Shown here: in pieces, positions 16,036 to 25,711 of the stretch
Position numbering within the stretch: position 1 is the stretch's first letter
Layout of the letters: the number at the start of each line of letters is the position of its first letter
Virus record (IMG/VR): IMGVR_UViG_2974597873_000001
Span: 1-64,000 of that record
Reading direction: 5' to 3' (one strand)
Source: a virus
Lineage: Duplodnaviria > Caudoviricetes
Length of the DNA: 64,000 nt
Program-made: the position numbers and the translations under genes
The notes under the pieces: generated by a model
Told to the model about the DNA's origin: nothing
The model's input: only the letters and a program-made list of their open reading frames with translations
The model's database searches: none

Positions 16036-17538
16036 TCATCCTTCCAATTCGATGAATTCTGCGTCTACAATTCCCAATTCTCGTGCCGTATTCTCGACAC
16101 TCTTAGGACTCTCAAGTTCTCTCAGCGAAGATGTATTTCCGATGTCTCCGAAGATGCGGTCAACCATGGACATGTGTCCCTGTTGCTTGGCTGTCACTGT
16201 GACAGAGAAGCCTTCCTGCTCCATATCGTGCTTCTTCTTCATGAGATTTCCCAATCTATCAATCTCAGACGAAAGATTAGGATCAGCATAGCCACCTTCG
16301 GCATCTTCTGCCATTTTCATGAACAATACACGCTGAGCCTGCATTTCTACCATGGAATCCATGAGAGCCGTTACTTGATCCTTGGTACGGATCTGGATAG
16401 GAATATCGTACGCACACGTACTAGCAGCCTCGAACATAGGACACTTGGCGGCCAGGAAACAGGTGTCACAGATACGCATGGATTCACTGCGAATCTTGAG
16501 CTTGGGAATGATGACTTCCTCCATTTCCCCTGTCTCAGCATTGCGCTTCTTCTCCTTGTCAAAGTCGAAATCAAGGAAAGGAATGACACGCTTCTGAGAG
16601 GGATCACGAGGGGTAGCAGTTGGTACTCTTTTCGCCACTCTTTCGACTACACCACCAACTTCGTCATCGTCAAATTCGGTGTTTCCGTCATAGTCGTCAA
16701 ACACTGGTGTAGTTACTCCTCTATTAGTTTTACGGTTGATTGCATCAACTTGTTGCTTCCAGGACCAGATAGAAATTTTCAGCATCTCCGTAGAATCGTC
16801 TGCCTCGATCTTTTCCAGATCGAAACCATTCTGCATAAAGGTGCTGCGTTCCTTCTTTCTAGCTTGATCCTTCATCTTCTTCGGGTATCGCTTGAGCTGG
16901 TTGTGGGACCATACGATCGTGTCACCGAACTGGGAAGGAGACAGCCACGACGTGGACGACACAGACTCCCAGGGGACTGCCTGCATGATATCAGGCTTCG
17001 TCATGGACATCCCATGGAGTTTCACTCCAGAAGACGCCAAGTTATTGAGTGTCGGGACAAGGTCACGTCCTCCGATACTCGTTTGTAGAATTCCAACGCG
17101 TCCATAGACTTCGGCAAGCTCATGGAGATCTTGTAGACCACTCTCGGAATGCCAAATTGGTACAAACTTGTCGAAATAAACATCTCTGAGTCTTTCCCTA
17201 TTCTCCTCAAGGAACGCTTTACCGAGCTGATTAGCATCGAACTCCGTATAGTACTCCACTGACTCGATATTGGAATGAACCCAACGATAGTAGTGCTCCC
17301 CGATCTCTCGGAGTTCTTGGTCATTGTACTTCTGCTCCTTCGCATTGTTCACCGTATAGCAGCCAGAATCCACGAATAGTTTCTGTGTACTGCTGAATTT
17401 CTCGGATAGTTTCCAGGGACGCGCAAACTTGGTTCGACGTCGTAGTCCAAAGTAGCTGAGGGAAACGTCTGTAACGCCTTGTCCCAATAGCAGGTTTCTG
17501 TAGGTCGGGATTTCTGTTCCCGAGTAATAGAGCTTCAT
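16036..17538 (-). CDS. TGT/DpdA-like (deazaguanine base-exchange fold) domain fused to a Cys4/helical C-terminal domain
   Basis: FVDSG, EFD, FVPIWH, KLHG and SVSSTSW in TGT/DpdA order; C-terminal CDTC..C..C and IVDAEF end. Confidence 0.6.
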   Translation of the reverse strand: MKLYYSGTEIPTYRNLLLGQGVTDVSLSYFGLRRRTKFARPWKLSEKFSSTQKLFVDSGCYTVNNAKEQKYNDQELREIGEHYYRWVHSNIESVEYYTEFDANQLGKAFLEENRERLRDVYFDKFVPIWHSESGLQDLHELAEVYGRVGILQTSIGGRDLVPTLNNLASSGVKLHGMSMTKPDIMQAVPWESVSSTSWLSPSQFGDTIVWSHNQLKRYPKKMKDQARKKERSTFMQNGFDLEKIEADDSTEMLKISIWSWKQQVDAINRKTNRGVTTPVFDDYDGNTEFDDDEVGGVVERVAKRVPTATPRDPSQKRVIPFLDFDFDKEKKRNAETGEMEEVIIPKLKIRSESMRICDTCFLAAKCPMFEAASTCAYDIPIQIRTKDQVTALMDSMVEMQAQRVLFMKMAEDAEGGYADPNLSSEIDRLGNLMKKKHDMEQEGFSVTVTAKQQGHMSMVDRIFGDIGNTSSLRELESPKSVENTARELGIVDAEFIELEG

Positions 17539-17550
17539 AACGTCAACTAT

Positions 17551-17587
17551 AACGCAAAAAGGAGCCCCGAAGGACTCCCTTTGCGTT
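17551..17587 (-). terminator. terminator-like hairpin
   Basis: AACGCAAA..GGAG...CTCC..TTTGCGTT. Confidence 0.5.
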
Positions 17588-18752
17588 ACGGCGCGAAATT
17601 ACGCAGCGGCTGATTAGCGAAGTTCTCCGCCTTCTTAGCCGATGCCGCCAGATCCTTGTCACGTCCACCGGCTCTACGTGACGCTGTACGAGCCTGTGTA
17701 GCCTGTTGCTTACTGATTGCCCAAGCCTCAAGCTGTGAGCCCTTAGAAGCGATACCACCAGGCTTGTTGGCACGGCTGCCAACCGTGAACTCATTGGGCT
17801 TCGGCTGAGCTGCGGTAAGATTACCGAGCTTCAGATTGGAAGAGCCCTGAGGATGCTGATGCGTAGGGAAAGGAGAATTATCTCTCGGACGTACATCAGC
17901 AAAACGAGTCTGCGCAATACTGTGCGGAGACGGAGTGCTGGAAGGCGTACGACGACTCACAGGCTCCAGAACCGGAGTAGATGTAGTCTTGCCCATACGA
18001 CGCTGCATTTCCTGATGCATGGACGGTACAGGCTCTCCACGCAAAGTCTGTGCACGAGTAGTACCCTCTACAGTCTTCGGCAACACAGGCTTGAACTGCT
18101 CAGAACTCACGTTTCCTCCACTTGGTGCTGGGGTTGATGTGGAAGAAGATACCACAGACACACGAGGAGTACCAGGGCTGGTCAGCTTACTGCGTGTCTT
18201 GCTTTCCTTGATAGCCTCTCCGTGGGCGTAGTTGACCTGCTGACGCATCACCTTGGAGCGGTTGGCCTGTTCCTTCAACGCTTCCCCGTGTGCGGCTGTA
18301 CGGGCTCTTGTAATATCTGCATCCTGTCGCGTAGCCGCTGTAGTACGACGAGACTGCTCACGAATGGCTTCATTATGAGCGGTGTTAACCATTGAAGTAC
18401 GAGCCTTGGTGCGCTGAGCATCTTCACGAATAGCAGCAGTTTGCGCGGTAGCCATTTGTGTTCTCTGCGCATTCTGTCTTTGATTATTCTCACGAAGAGC
18501 CTCATTATGCGCAGTACTCACACGAGCCGCAGCTTGCTTAGCCACATTGGCTCTACCTTGATTAGCCAAATTGAGAGCACTATTGGCAAAGTGATCTCTA
18601 GCTTGTCCGGCTGCACGTGTTCTCTGCTCTTGCTGCGCAATATTTGCTTTCACCACATTCTTAAATACTCCCGCAGGCTTATCAAGAATGTTTGTTTTGA
18701 ATTGAGCACCCATTGCGCCTGCGGCACTCAAATTGTGTGGCGAGGTAGCCAT
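17586..18752 (-). CDS. basic low-complexity protein with 22-aa AHxEA(I/L)xE repeats
   Basis: 388 aa, AGGAG RBS. Confidence 0.7.
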   Translation of the reverse strand: MATSPHNLSAAGAMGAQFKTNILDKPAGVFKNVVKANIAQQEQRTRAAGQARDHFANSALNLANQGRANVAKQAAARVSTAHNEALRENNQRQNAQRTQMATAQTAAIREDAQRTKARTSMVNTAHNEAIREQSRRTTAATRQDADITRARTAAHGEALKEQANRSKVMRQQVNYAHGEAIKESKTRSKLTSPGTPRVSVVSSSTSTPAPSGGNVSSEQFKPVLPKTVEGTTRAQTLRGEPVPSMHQEMQRRMGKTTSTPVLEPVSRRTPSSTPSPHSIAQTRFADVRPRDNSPFPTHQHPQGSSNLKLGNLTAAQPKPNEFTVGSRANKPGGIASKGSQLEAWAISKQQATQARTASRRAGGRDKDLAASAKKAENFANQPLRNFAP

Positions 18753-18761
18753 TAGATTCTC

Positions 18762-19307
18762 CTAAAAGTCATCATTCAATCTGACATCCCCAGCCTTCAT
18801 TTCCTTTTCTACTCTCACAGTATCCATAAGAGACTTCCAGGAAGGAAGTTCTGTTTCGTAATTTGGTCTGTGCTCGGGCCTAAGGTAAAGAGGATGGATG
18901 TAAAACAGTGTAGGGACTCCGATTTCCAGCATCTTTTCTGCTACTTCAGGATGAGATTCAATGATGAATGTAAGAGGACCATTTTGCTTTAGTCTCTTTA
19001 CTTGAAGATCTCTTCTTTCTGTAATGTCTTCAGGATCTCCAAGTTCATAATAGATCTCTGCTGCATGATCAACTAGACCATTCATACGAAGCCAATATTG
19101 TACTTTCTCCTTGGCCATGCTGTCAAGGATCAAGGTCACACGGTGTGTCTGGACCAGCGACTTGTACAGCAAGATCCCTGACATGATGGGGTTGGTATCG
19201 TTCGGTGCTCGAAGAATTCCCTCCACCACAATTGCTACATTTGCGGACCATTCGTTATTGTCTACCATTGCCTCCCCATTCCTATCTCTGTGAATTTGCT
19301 GCGTCAT
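18762..19307 (-). CDS. hypothetical protein, possible degenerate HAD fold
   Basis: AIVVEGIL at the HAD motif I position. Confidence 0.55.
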   Translation of the reverse strand: MTQQIHRDRNGEAMVDNNEWSANVAIVVEGILRAPNDTNPIMSGILLYKSLVQTHRVTLILDSMAKEKVQYWLRMNGLVDHAAEIYYELGDPEDITERRDLQVKRLKQNGPLTFIIESHPEVAEKMLEIGVPTLFYIHPLYLRPEHRPNYETELPSWKSLMDTVRVEKEMKAGDVRLNDDF

Positions 19308-20271
19308 TCAGCAAAAGACGAGAATCGGTAACGATAGGTCCACCGTACAATTCGGTATCCGTAAGATCCTGTGCTTCCACTGATGTTTGTGTGATCTGAT
19401 TCAAAGCGCTGACAATTCCGTCTCGCTTCGCCGCCTGCCACTGGTAATTGAAGAAATCGGAGAAACCTCCACCATGCTCAGTGAAAGCTTGCTTTCTTCC
19501 CGTGTGGATTTGGTCGAATAGATTTCTAGCCTGTTCCACTACATTCTTCATACCTGAAATCGAATTGTGCCACTGAGGACTGTTAGGCGTCAAACTGGAC
19601 ATTTCCTGACGAAGATAGTTGTAGTGGCTCACTAGAGCGTCTGCCATCTCCTTGTTGGCACGAGCTTGCTCCACAAACGCCTCAGGAAAGAGCTGTGAGG
19701 GGTCCTCAGGGAGCTGTGGAGGCTCGATGGTCCAATGACCCTCACTCAGGTTGTAAGCGGCGTAGGGGACGATCTGACGGATCGAGTCATCGTAAGCCTC
19801 TGTGTCGTTGTTGAAGTAGTAAGTCACTTCATAGGGACGTTGATCTCCACGTTCGAAGGTGACCAGAGAGGTGGATGGCCAGAGGTTCTTTCTGAGGTCA
19901 TCGTTGATGATGAAGGAGATGTCCCAACGGTCAAGTCCTCGGAACTCTGGATTGTCGGCAAGGAATTTGGTGAAATCGATTCCGAATAGTACGTCGAGAT
20001 CACCGTTTCCGCGATCCGCAGCCCATTGGTAACCGATTCCCGAACCAGCAAGCCAAGCCATAGTCCACTCGCGAGGAGAACGGTATTTAGTGTCCAGATA
20101 ATCGTAGAAACGATTGAGTAGCGTCTCTCTGACATGAGGCTTAAGTTCATTTCCTTCAAATAGTTGGGGATCTAGGATAAGGGAGGGACGACTGAAGTAG
20201 CCGCTGGCTCCCACATGCTCAGCAAGCTGAGGAAATTCGGGTACGTATTTCTGCAACCAGTTAGTAGTCAT
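19282..20271 (-). CDS. Pol-beta superfamily nucleotidyltransferase
   Basis: LAGS...GDLDVL motif and downstream YEVTYY acidic strand. Confidence 0.7.
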   Translation of the reverse strand: MTTNWLQKYVPEFPQLAEHVGASGYFSRPSLILDPQLFEGNELKPHVRETLLNRFYDYLDTKYRSPREWTMAWLAGSGIGYQWAADRGNGDLDVLFGIDFTKFLADNPEFRGLDRWDISFIINDDLRKNLWPSTSLVTFERGDQRPYEVTYYFNNDTEAYDDSIRQIVPYAAYNLSEGHWTIEPPQLPEDPSQLFPEAFVEQARANKEMADALVSHYNYLRQEMSSLTPNSPQWHNSISGMKNVVEQARNLFDQIHTGRKQAFTEHGGGFSDFFNYQWQAAKRDGIVSALNQITQTSVEAQDLTDTELYGGPIVTDSRLLLNDAANSQR

Positions 20272-20335
20272 GAATACAGTTTACCTTCTTATACGAAAGA
20301 AGGAGGCATCCCGTAGGACACCTCCTTCTATGCGA

Positions 20336-21268
20336 TTACTTGTTAGGTACGTTAGGTACCTTCAGAGCATCCCATGTTTGCTTTCCAGGGATACCGTCGG
20401 CGTCCGAACCGGAGAATCCTTGCTTCTTCTGCCATAGCTTGTAGGAAGCCTCATCACCGCTGCCCCAGACGTCAGTGTTACGTGAGGACTTGTAAGCGTT
20501 GCACTTCACAGCCACAAGGCGCTTGTGCATTGCTGCGATAATCGGAGACTTCTTACCGTCTACGAAGAATGCCTTGCCCGGATACGGCTCGTAGGTAGGC
20601 TGTGCGGGCTTGCTAGGAGTCGTAGGCTTAGGCTCTACAGGCTTTGGAGGAGTAACGATAGCCTTCGCCAACTCAAGCAACTTAGAGAAGTCGATGTTAC
20701 CCGGATCACCGTGATCATTCTCTGGGACATGCTGGTGACCACAAATTCCCTTGAACGCATCCCATTCCGCAAATGTAAGACGAGAATCGTTTACACCGTA
20801 GGAATCCGGATATGCTCTCCATACCTTAGGCCCGGAAAGCGGAACATTGTGGTTAACATTCATCCACGCCAGGAACTTAGCAACCTCCTGAAGAGCCCAC
20901 TCAGGAGCCTCTGGCCAGAAGATGTGCTCTCTGTCCCACTTGCTGTGTGCCTTGGGGTCACAGGTACCAACCAGCTCCACCTGACACACGTTGTTGGTGT
21001 TCGTGTCCACGCCTCCACGCTTATTAACGAGCGCGCGAGAAGAAGTGTCCACGTAGAAGTGCTGGTACCAAACCAGCTTCTTGTTCTTGAAGTCAGGAAC
21101 AGCCGTGAAATTCGGTGCCGAAATTCCTCCCTCGTAAGAAGGCAGGGACGTTCCCTCAGTCGTATGAAGAACTACGACATTGACTTCCTGTCTGTCGCCC
21201 GGATATCTGCCCTCATACCAATAGGCGGAACTAGATCCGGGGTATCTCTGTGGTCCTGTTGCTACCAT
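20336..21268 (-). CDS. endolysin: N-acetylmuramoyl-L-alanine amidase plus peptidoglycan-binding domain
   Basis: LHTTEG, QVE, GHQHVPENDHGDPG; P/K linker; ADGIPGKQTW. Confidence 0.9.
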   Translation of the reverse strand: MVATGPQRYPGSSSAYWYEGRYPGDRQEVNVVVLHTTEGTSLPSYEGGISAPNFTAVPDFKNKKLVWYQHFYVDTSSRALVNKRGGVDTNTNNVCQVELVGTCDPKAHSKWDREHIFWPEAPEWALQEVAKFLAWMNVNHNVPLSGPKVWRAYPDSYGVNDSRLTFAEWDAFKGICGHQHVPENDHGDPGNIDFSKLLELAKAIVTPPKPVEPKPTTPSKPAQPTYEPYPGKAFFVDGKKSPIIAAMHKRLVAVKCNAYKSSRNTDVWGSGDEASYKLWQKKQGFSGSDADGIPGKQTWDALKVPNVPNK

Positions 21269-21276
21269 TATTTACC

Positions 21277-21615
21277 TCACTTAAGCTTTAGTGACTGTGC
21301 AATTCTCTGGGATTCCATCTGCTGTTGCATTGCGGTAGCCTGCTGATTCATGGCTACCAAAGTGTGCATAGCGCTCTGCTGTACCTGACAGCTCAGAGAG
21401 ATATTAGCCGCACCGCCAACAAAGTCATCCATATGAGCCTTGCGCTCAGTAATGAGAGCCATGTCGTCATAGTCCGCGTGAGCCGACCACTGACCATTCT
21501 TGTGCTGGACCACCAGGAAGGCTGTTGTGACCTCCATAGGACCCTCTGAGCCCCCTGCACTAGCCTTAAGCTCGTCCAGTGCTGCCTGCTGCTCTGCTGT
21601 AAGTTCTGCTGCCAT
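21277..21615 (-). CDS. hypothetical protein
   Basis: 112 aa, AAGGAG RBS. Confidence 0.7.
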   Translation of the reverse strand: MAAELTAEQQAALDELKASAGGSEGPMEVTTAFLVVQHKNGQWSAHADYDDMALITERKAHMDDFVGGAANISLSCQVQQSAMHTLVAMNQQATAMQQQMESQRIAQSLKLK

Positions 21616-21628
21616 TGTGCTTCTCCTT

Positions 21629-22159
21629 CTACTTGTTCTTCTCGTTCATTACCGATTGGTGATACGGGCAGTATTGGCAAAGAAACATCTTCTTCACCTT
21701 TACATCGTCATACTTAGGAAGTCCTGCGGCCTTACGTTCTACAGCAGTATCGGGCTTGAGTTCCTTGCTGCCGGACAGATAGTCCTGGCAACGGCTCTGA
21801 GTCACCGACACATACGCCGGACGGTTGTGACGCTTCCAACAGGCAAAAGCATCTGCCTTGAAAGTATCCTGTGTCGCGTAGAATTCCGCGTCAAAACCTG
21901 TAAGACCCTCACTTTCTAGGATCTTCTTTGTGATCTGCTTTCTGTAATCAGCGTTATTCCACGCTTTAGTAGGAACCGACCCAAGAGACGCCCAATCAGT
22001 GATGATGCGATCTTCAAACGAAGGGTGGCGACGAAGGTGTACGTCCGCAAGATAGCCGATACGAGTATCCCTATCCGCTTCCGCAGGCTCGTAATCAGGG
22101 ATTTCATTGATCTCCTTGCAAATTTTACAAATAAATAGGCCGGTCAGTGTCTCACTCAT
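21629..22159 (-). CDS. Cys/His-rich hypothetical protein
   Basis: CKIC...H..H and LCQYCP. Confidence 0.7.
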   Translation of the reverse strand: MSETLTGLFICKICKEINEIPDYEPAEADRDTRIGYLADVHLRRHPSFEDRIITDWASLGSVPTKAWNNADYRKQITKKILESEGLTGFDAEFYATQDTFKADAFACWKRHNRPAYVSVTQSRCQDYLSGSKELKPDTAVERKAAGLPKYDDVKVKKMFLCQYCPYHQSVMNEKNK

Positions 22160-22257
22160 TTAATGCCTTCCGATTGGAATCCGAATGGTCGTACCCATTA
22201 AGGGTACCAGAAGAGGCCCGGAATCCCTAATTGGAATCCCGAGCCTCTTCGTCAATC

Positions 22258-22836
<579 letters not shown>

Positions 22837-22854
22837 TTAGTAGGTAGTGCAGGC

Positions 22855-23340
22855 TTAGTAACGACCGTACATCGCGTAAGGCGTACCATCCGTGTAGTCC
22901 TTGATCTTGTGGTAACCCACCTGACGTCCCGTGCGGGGAGCATCAAGCATCCAACCATACCCATTCCAGAATCCCGCGTAGATACCCACGTGGTAGATGG
23001 ACTTGGAGGACTTACCGATGAAGATCAGGTCACCCGGCTTACGGTTGGCTGCGGAAACCTTGACAGACCTGTTGTACTGGTCCTGTGCAACACGCGGAAG
23101 CGTCTTGCCAACCTTCTTGTACGAGTAGTAAGTCAGGCCAGAGCAGTCAAAGCGGCTCGGACCAGCGGCACCCCACTGGTACCAGTCTCCGATCTGAGCC
23201 TTAGCCACGTTAAAAGCCTTTGCCCGAGTCGTAAGCGTCGCTGCATCTGCGTCAGGAGCAGTCATAAGACCCGCACCCATCACAGCCGCAAGGCCGATTC
23301 CGACAAGAGCTGCACTCTTCTTTCCATGATTAACGGACAT
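22855..23340 (-). CDS. secreted NlpC/P60 peptidoglycan endopeptidase
   Basis: signal peptide; YQWGAAGPSRFDCSGL, LPRVAQDQY, PGDLIF, HVGIY. Confidence 0.92.
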   Translation of the reverse strand: MSVNHGKKSAALVGIGLAAVMGAGLMTAPDADAATLTTRAKAFNVAKAQIGDWYQWGAAGPSRFDCSGLTYYSYKKVGKTLPRVAQDQYNRSVKVSAANRKPGDLIFIGKSSKSIYHVGIYAGFWNGYGWMLDAPRTGRQVGYHKIKDYTDGTPYAMYGRY

Positions 23341-23424
23341 GGAATAAAACCTTTCGTTTGACAACAAGGACAGATCCTAGGATCTCTTAGGGATTGTTAC
23401 ATCCCCGTTGCGCTTGTGACAGAA

Positions 23425-23453
23425 ACGATACATGGCCTCAGAACCTGTGTCAA
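23425..23453 (-). promoter_or_regulatory. promoter for the nlpC/P60-rpf operon
   Basis: TTGACA-17-TATCGT, overlapped by the CATGGCCTCAG inverted repeat. Confidence 0.7.
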
Positions 23454-23476
23454 AACTAGATGCTGAGGCCATGCAT

Positions 23477-23725
23477 TTACCACTTAGTGCTGTCCGGGGT
23501 GGGAGTACCCACGAAGTTCGGTGTAGATTGCGCCCCGTACTTACCTGGAACGTCCTTCGGACCAACCTCATGGATACCGTACCATACGTCATCCAGATCG
23601 GTTCGATTCATGTAGGTGCTGTTCTCAACGTTGCCACCACGGTTCTGGACTACCTTCTTATAACGTCCGTCCGTAGCGCCCTCGTTAAGCTCTGCGTTCA
23701 TACTTCTTAGCTGAGGTAGTGCCAT
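23477..23725 (-). CDS. small hypothetical protein (possible virion protein)
   Basis: 82 aa, in a tightly packed run. Confidence 0.6.
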   Translation of the reverse strand: MALPQLRSMNAELNEGATDGRYKKVVQNRGGNVENSTYMNRTDLDDVWYGIHEVGPKDVPGKYGAQSTPNFVGTPTPDSTKW

Positions 23726-23916
23726 TACGATGCTCTCTTCGGTCTGCCCGCAGAGCGTACACGACGCTCACGGTACATTGTCAAGTGAGTGGAGCCAGCG
23801 CCACCAGCAAGGTCCCCACGCATCGTAGAGGGGTTCTGAGACGTCCCCACGACGCGCTTGTCAGTCGCCTTGCGAGCAGAGCCGACAGCTCTCTTCGGTT
23901 TCTTAGTGTGTGCCAT
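23725..23916 (-). CDS. small basic protein
   Basis: 63 aa, R/K-rich. Confidence 0.55.
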   Translation of the reverse strand: MAHTKKPKRAVGSARKATDKRVVGTSQNPSTMRGDLAGGAGSTHLTMYRERRVRSAGRPKRAS

Positions 23917-23922
23917 ATCTTC

Positions 23923-24225
23923 TCACAACGGATTGAGTGACGGGAAGCTCGTTCCCTGGTACCCGGAGACTCTACCAGACCAGTCAGCCCACTGAGGATT
24001 GTAACGGTCATCTACGTAGATGACGTCCATGATAGTGGGTGGTGTGGAATTGTACCCGAATCTAGGAGGAATCTTCCCGATGTTGGGGATAGGGGGTTTT
24101 ACCATAGCGCTTGCATGTGCTGCCTGAACCAACTTCGCTGTGACGTATTGCTCTTCCACAGATTCATTAGGTCCGCGCTTGGTGTAATCATAAAGGGAAT
24201 TCGCCATTTCCATGGTTATCTCCAA
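23923..24225 (-). CDS. hypothetical protein
   Basis: 100 aa. Confidence 0.6.
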   Translation of the reverse strand: MEITMEMANSLYDYTKRGPNESVEEQYVTAKLVQAAHASAMVKPPIPNIGKIPPRFGYNSTPPTIMDVIYVDDRYNPQWADWSGRVSGYQGTSFPSLNPL

Positions 24226-24737
24226 GCGGGTAGGTTACGACGGTTAGCCATTCTTACTGCCGGATCAACATTACGCATTTGAGGATCAATAGGCAAATTC
24301 AATTCCTGACGAATCAATGCCTCTTCCGCCTCAGACATGTACTTGTCCGCATAGACCAGACGTTCCACGGGAGAGCCCTCAGCCGTCCACTTCTTCCCTC
24401 TGCGCTGGTGCTCCAGCCCTGTCATGGGGTTGAAGTCGTCCGGCCAGAAGTAATCCGTGGGAGCGATCTTAGAGCCCTTGTGTACGCCTCGCGTATAGCT
24501 ACGTGCGTTGTTGCGGACAGTCTGCATGAGCTTGTCTTCACGGCGGTCCGTGATATTGCCAAGATAACCGTCAGCGTATTCCGCATTAGGAGTACGGCCC
24601 ACCATTGCTCGCTTTGCATCAAGGATATCCCTGAATCCCGCAAGCTTTACCTGTGAGCCGTTAATTCCTCCACCACCGCCAACGGATGTCGAACCCTGTT
24701 GTCCTACAGGGGTGTTGTACATGAAGTTAGCGGACAT
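24216..24737 (-). CDS. hypothetical protein
   Basis: 173 aa, AAGGAG RBS. Confidence 0.7.
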   Translation of the reverse strand: MSANFMYNTPVGQQGSTSVGGGGGINGSQVKLAGFRDILDAKRAMVGRTPNAEYADGYLGNITDRREDKLMQTVRNNARSYTRGVHKGSKIAPTDYFWPDDFNPMTGLEHQRRGKKWTAEGSPVERLVYADKYMSEAEEALIRQELNLPIDPQMRNVDPAVRMANRRNLPAWR

Positions 24738-24746
24738 GATGTCTCC

Positions 24747-25061
24747 TTAGCAGTACATTGCCTTTGACTGGCTGAAGTTTCCGACCTTTGAGCTTACGGA
24801 AGGCACCGTGTAGACGTTACGGCCGGTTGCAGACGCCTCAGGGTTGTTCTGCTGCACGTGAGACATTACAGGGTGCAGGGTAGCTCCCTGACGCTCCAGG
24901 ACGTTGCTGCGGTTAGCCTTGTTGCTCTCCGGGTAAGCTCCACCCTTCGGTCCTCCCTTGGCCACCAGACGGCCACGTAGAGGCTTAGCTACGTTGCTCA
25001 ACTGCGCGGCGGAAGTACCCATGGTAGGGAAAGACCCTGAACCATACTCATTACTTGCCAT
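24747..25061 (-). CDS. hypothetical low-complexity protein
   Basis: 104 aa, AGGAG RBS. Confidence 0.65.
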   Translation of the reverse strand: MASNEYGSGSFPTMGTSAAQLSNVAKPLRGRLVAKGGPKGGAYPESNKANRSNVLERQGATLHPVMSHVQQNNPEASATGRNVYTVPSVSSKVGNFSQSKAMYC

Positions 25062-25072
25062 TGTTTCTCCTA

Positions 25073-25300
25073 TTAGCGGAATCGGTCCATTAGCAATGAA
25101 CGCTGGAAATCATTTTGTGTTTGGCCGTTAGGCTGAGAGAAAGGAGTGATTACCGAACGGCTGGTAAAGCCCGCTCTTACTCCTTGCTGCATTGAGGTCA
25201 TGCTTCCCAGAGATCGTCCGCCATCAAATTCCGCGTTACGAGAAATATAAGGGTCAGGTCTCTGCTGAGAAGGACTTCCTTCTGAAGGATAGGGATTCAT
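25073..25300 (-). CDS. hypothetical low-complexity protein
   Basis: 75 aa, GAGG RBS. Confidence 0.6.
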   Translation of the reverse strand: MNPYPSEGSPSQQRPDPYISRNAEFDGGRSLGSMTSMQQGVRAGFTSRSVITPFSQPNGQTQNDFQRSLLMDRFR

Positions 25301-25309
25301 AAATCCTCA

Positions 25310-25603
25310 CTAGCTGACGAGAATCCTCAAGGTCATCGCGGAAATGTCCCCGTCATCCATCTTGACTGTAGTGAAGCCGGGACGACATGAGAGGATCTTT
25401 CCTCGCGGCCCTACATAAGACTGCGCGATGGCAATAGCCTTCATCGCTTGATTGACAGCACCCGCGCCGATAGCTCTCAGAACGACGTTCTTTCCGTCGT
25501 AGACATTGTTAGCAATGGCGGATGCCAGATTGGGGGCAGATGATGACGACTTGACTTTTAGTAGTGTGTCGCCCTCGTGTAGTTCTTCCATAGTGTTCTC
25601 CAA
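25310..25603 (-). CDS. spoVS: SpoVS family (Alba-like nucleic-acid-binding) protein
   Basis: LKV.S.S....LA.AIA...RAIGAGAVNQAMKAIAIA...PGF. Confidence 0.9.
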   Translation of the reverse strand: MENTMEELHEGDTLLKVKSSSSAPNLASAIANNVYDGKNVVLRAIGAGAVNQAMKAIAIAQSYVGPRGKILSCRPGFTTVKMDDGDISAMTLRILVS

Positions 25604-25711
25604 TTAAATTTCGGATTGTAGCTATTTCATTGTATCCGAAAACAGAGAAACCCCGGTCAGCGCGAAGCATAACCAGGGTTTCTCCTAGAAGGGGAGGCAA
25701 GAACTACTGTA

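Noticed and set aside
23341-23470. c-di-AMP (ydaO) riboswitch upstream of nlpC/rpf
   Set aside because: The leader is only about 80 nt and lacks the conserved ydaO motifs.
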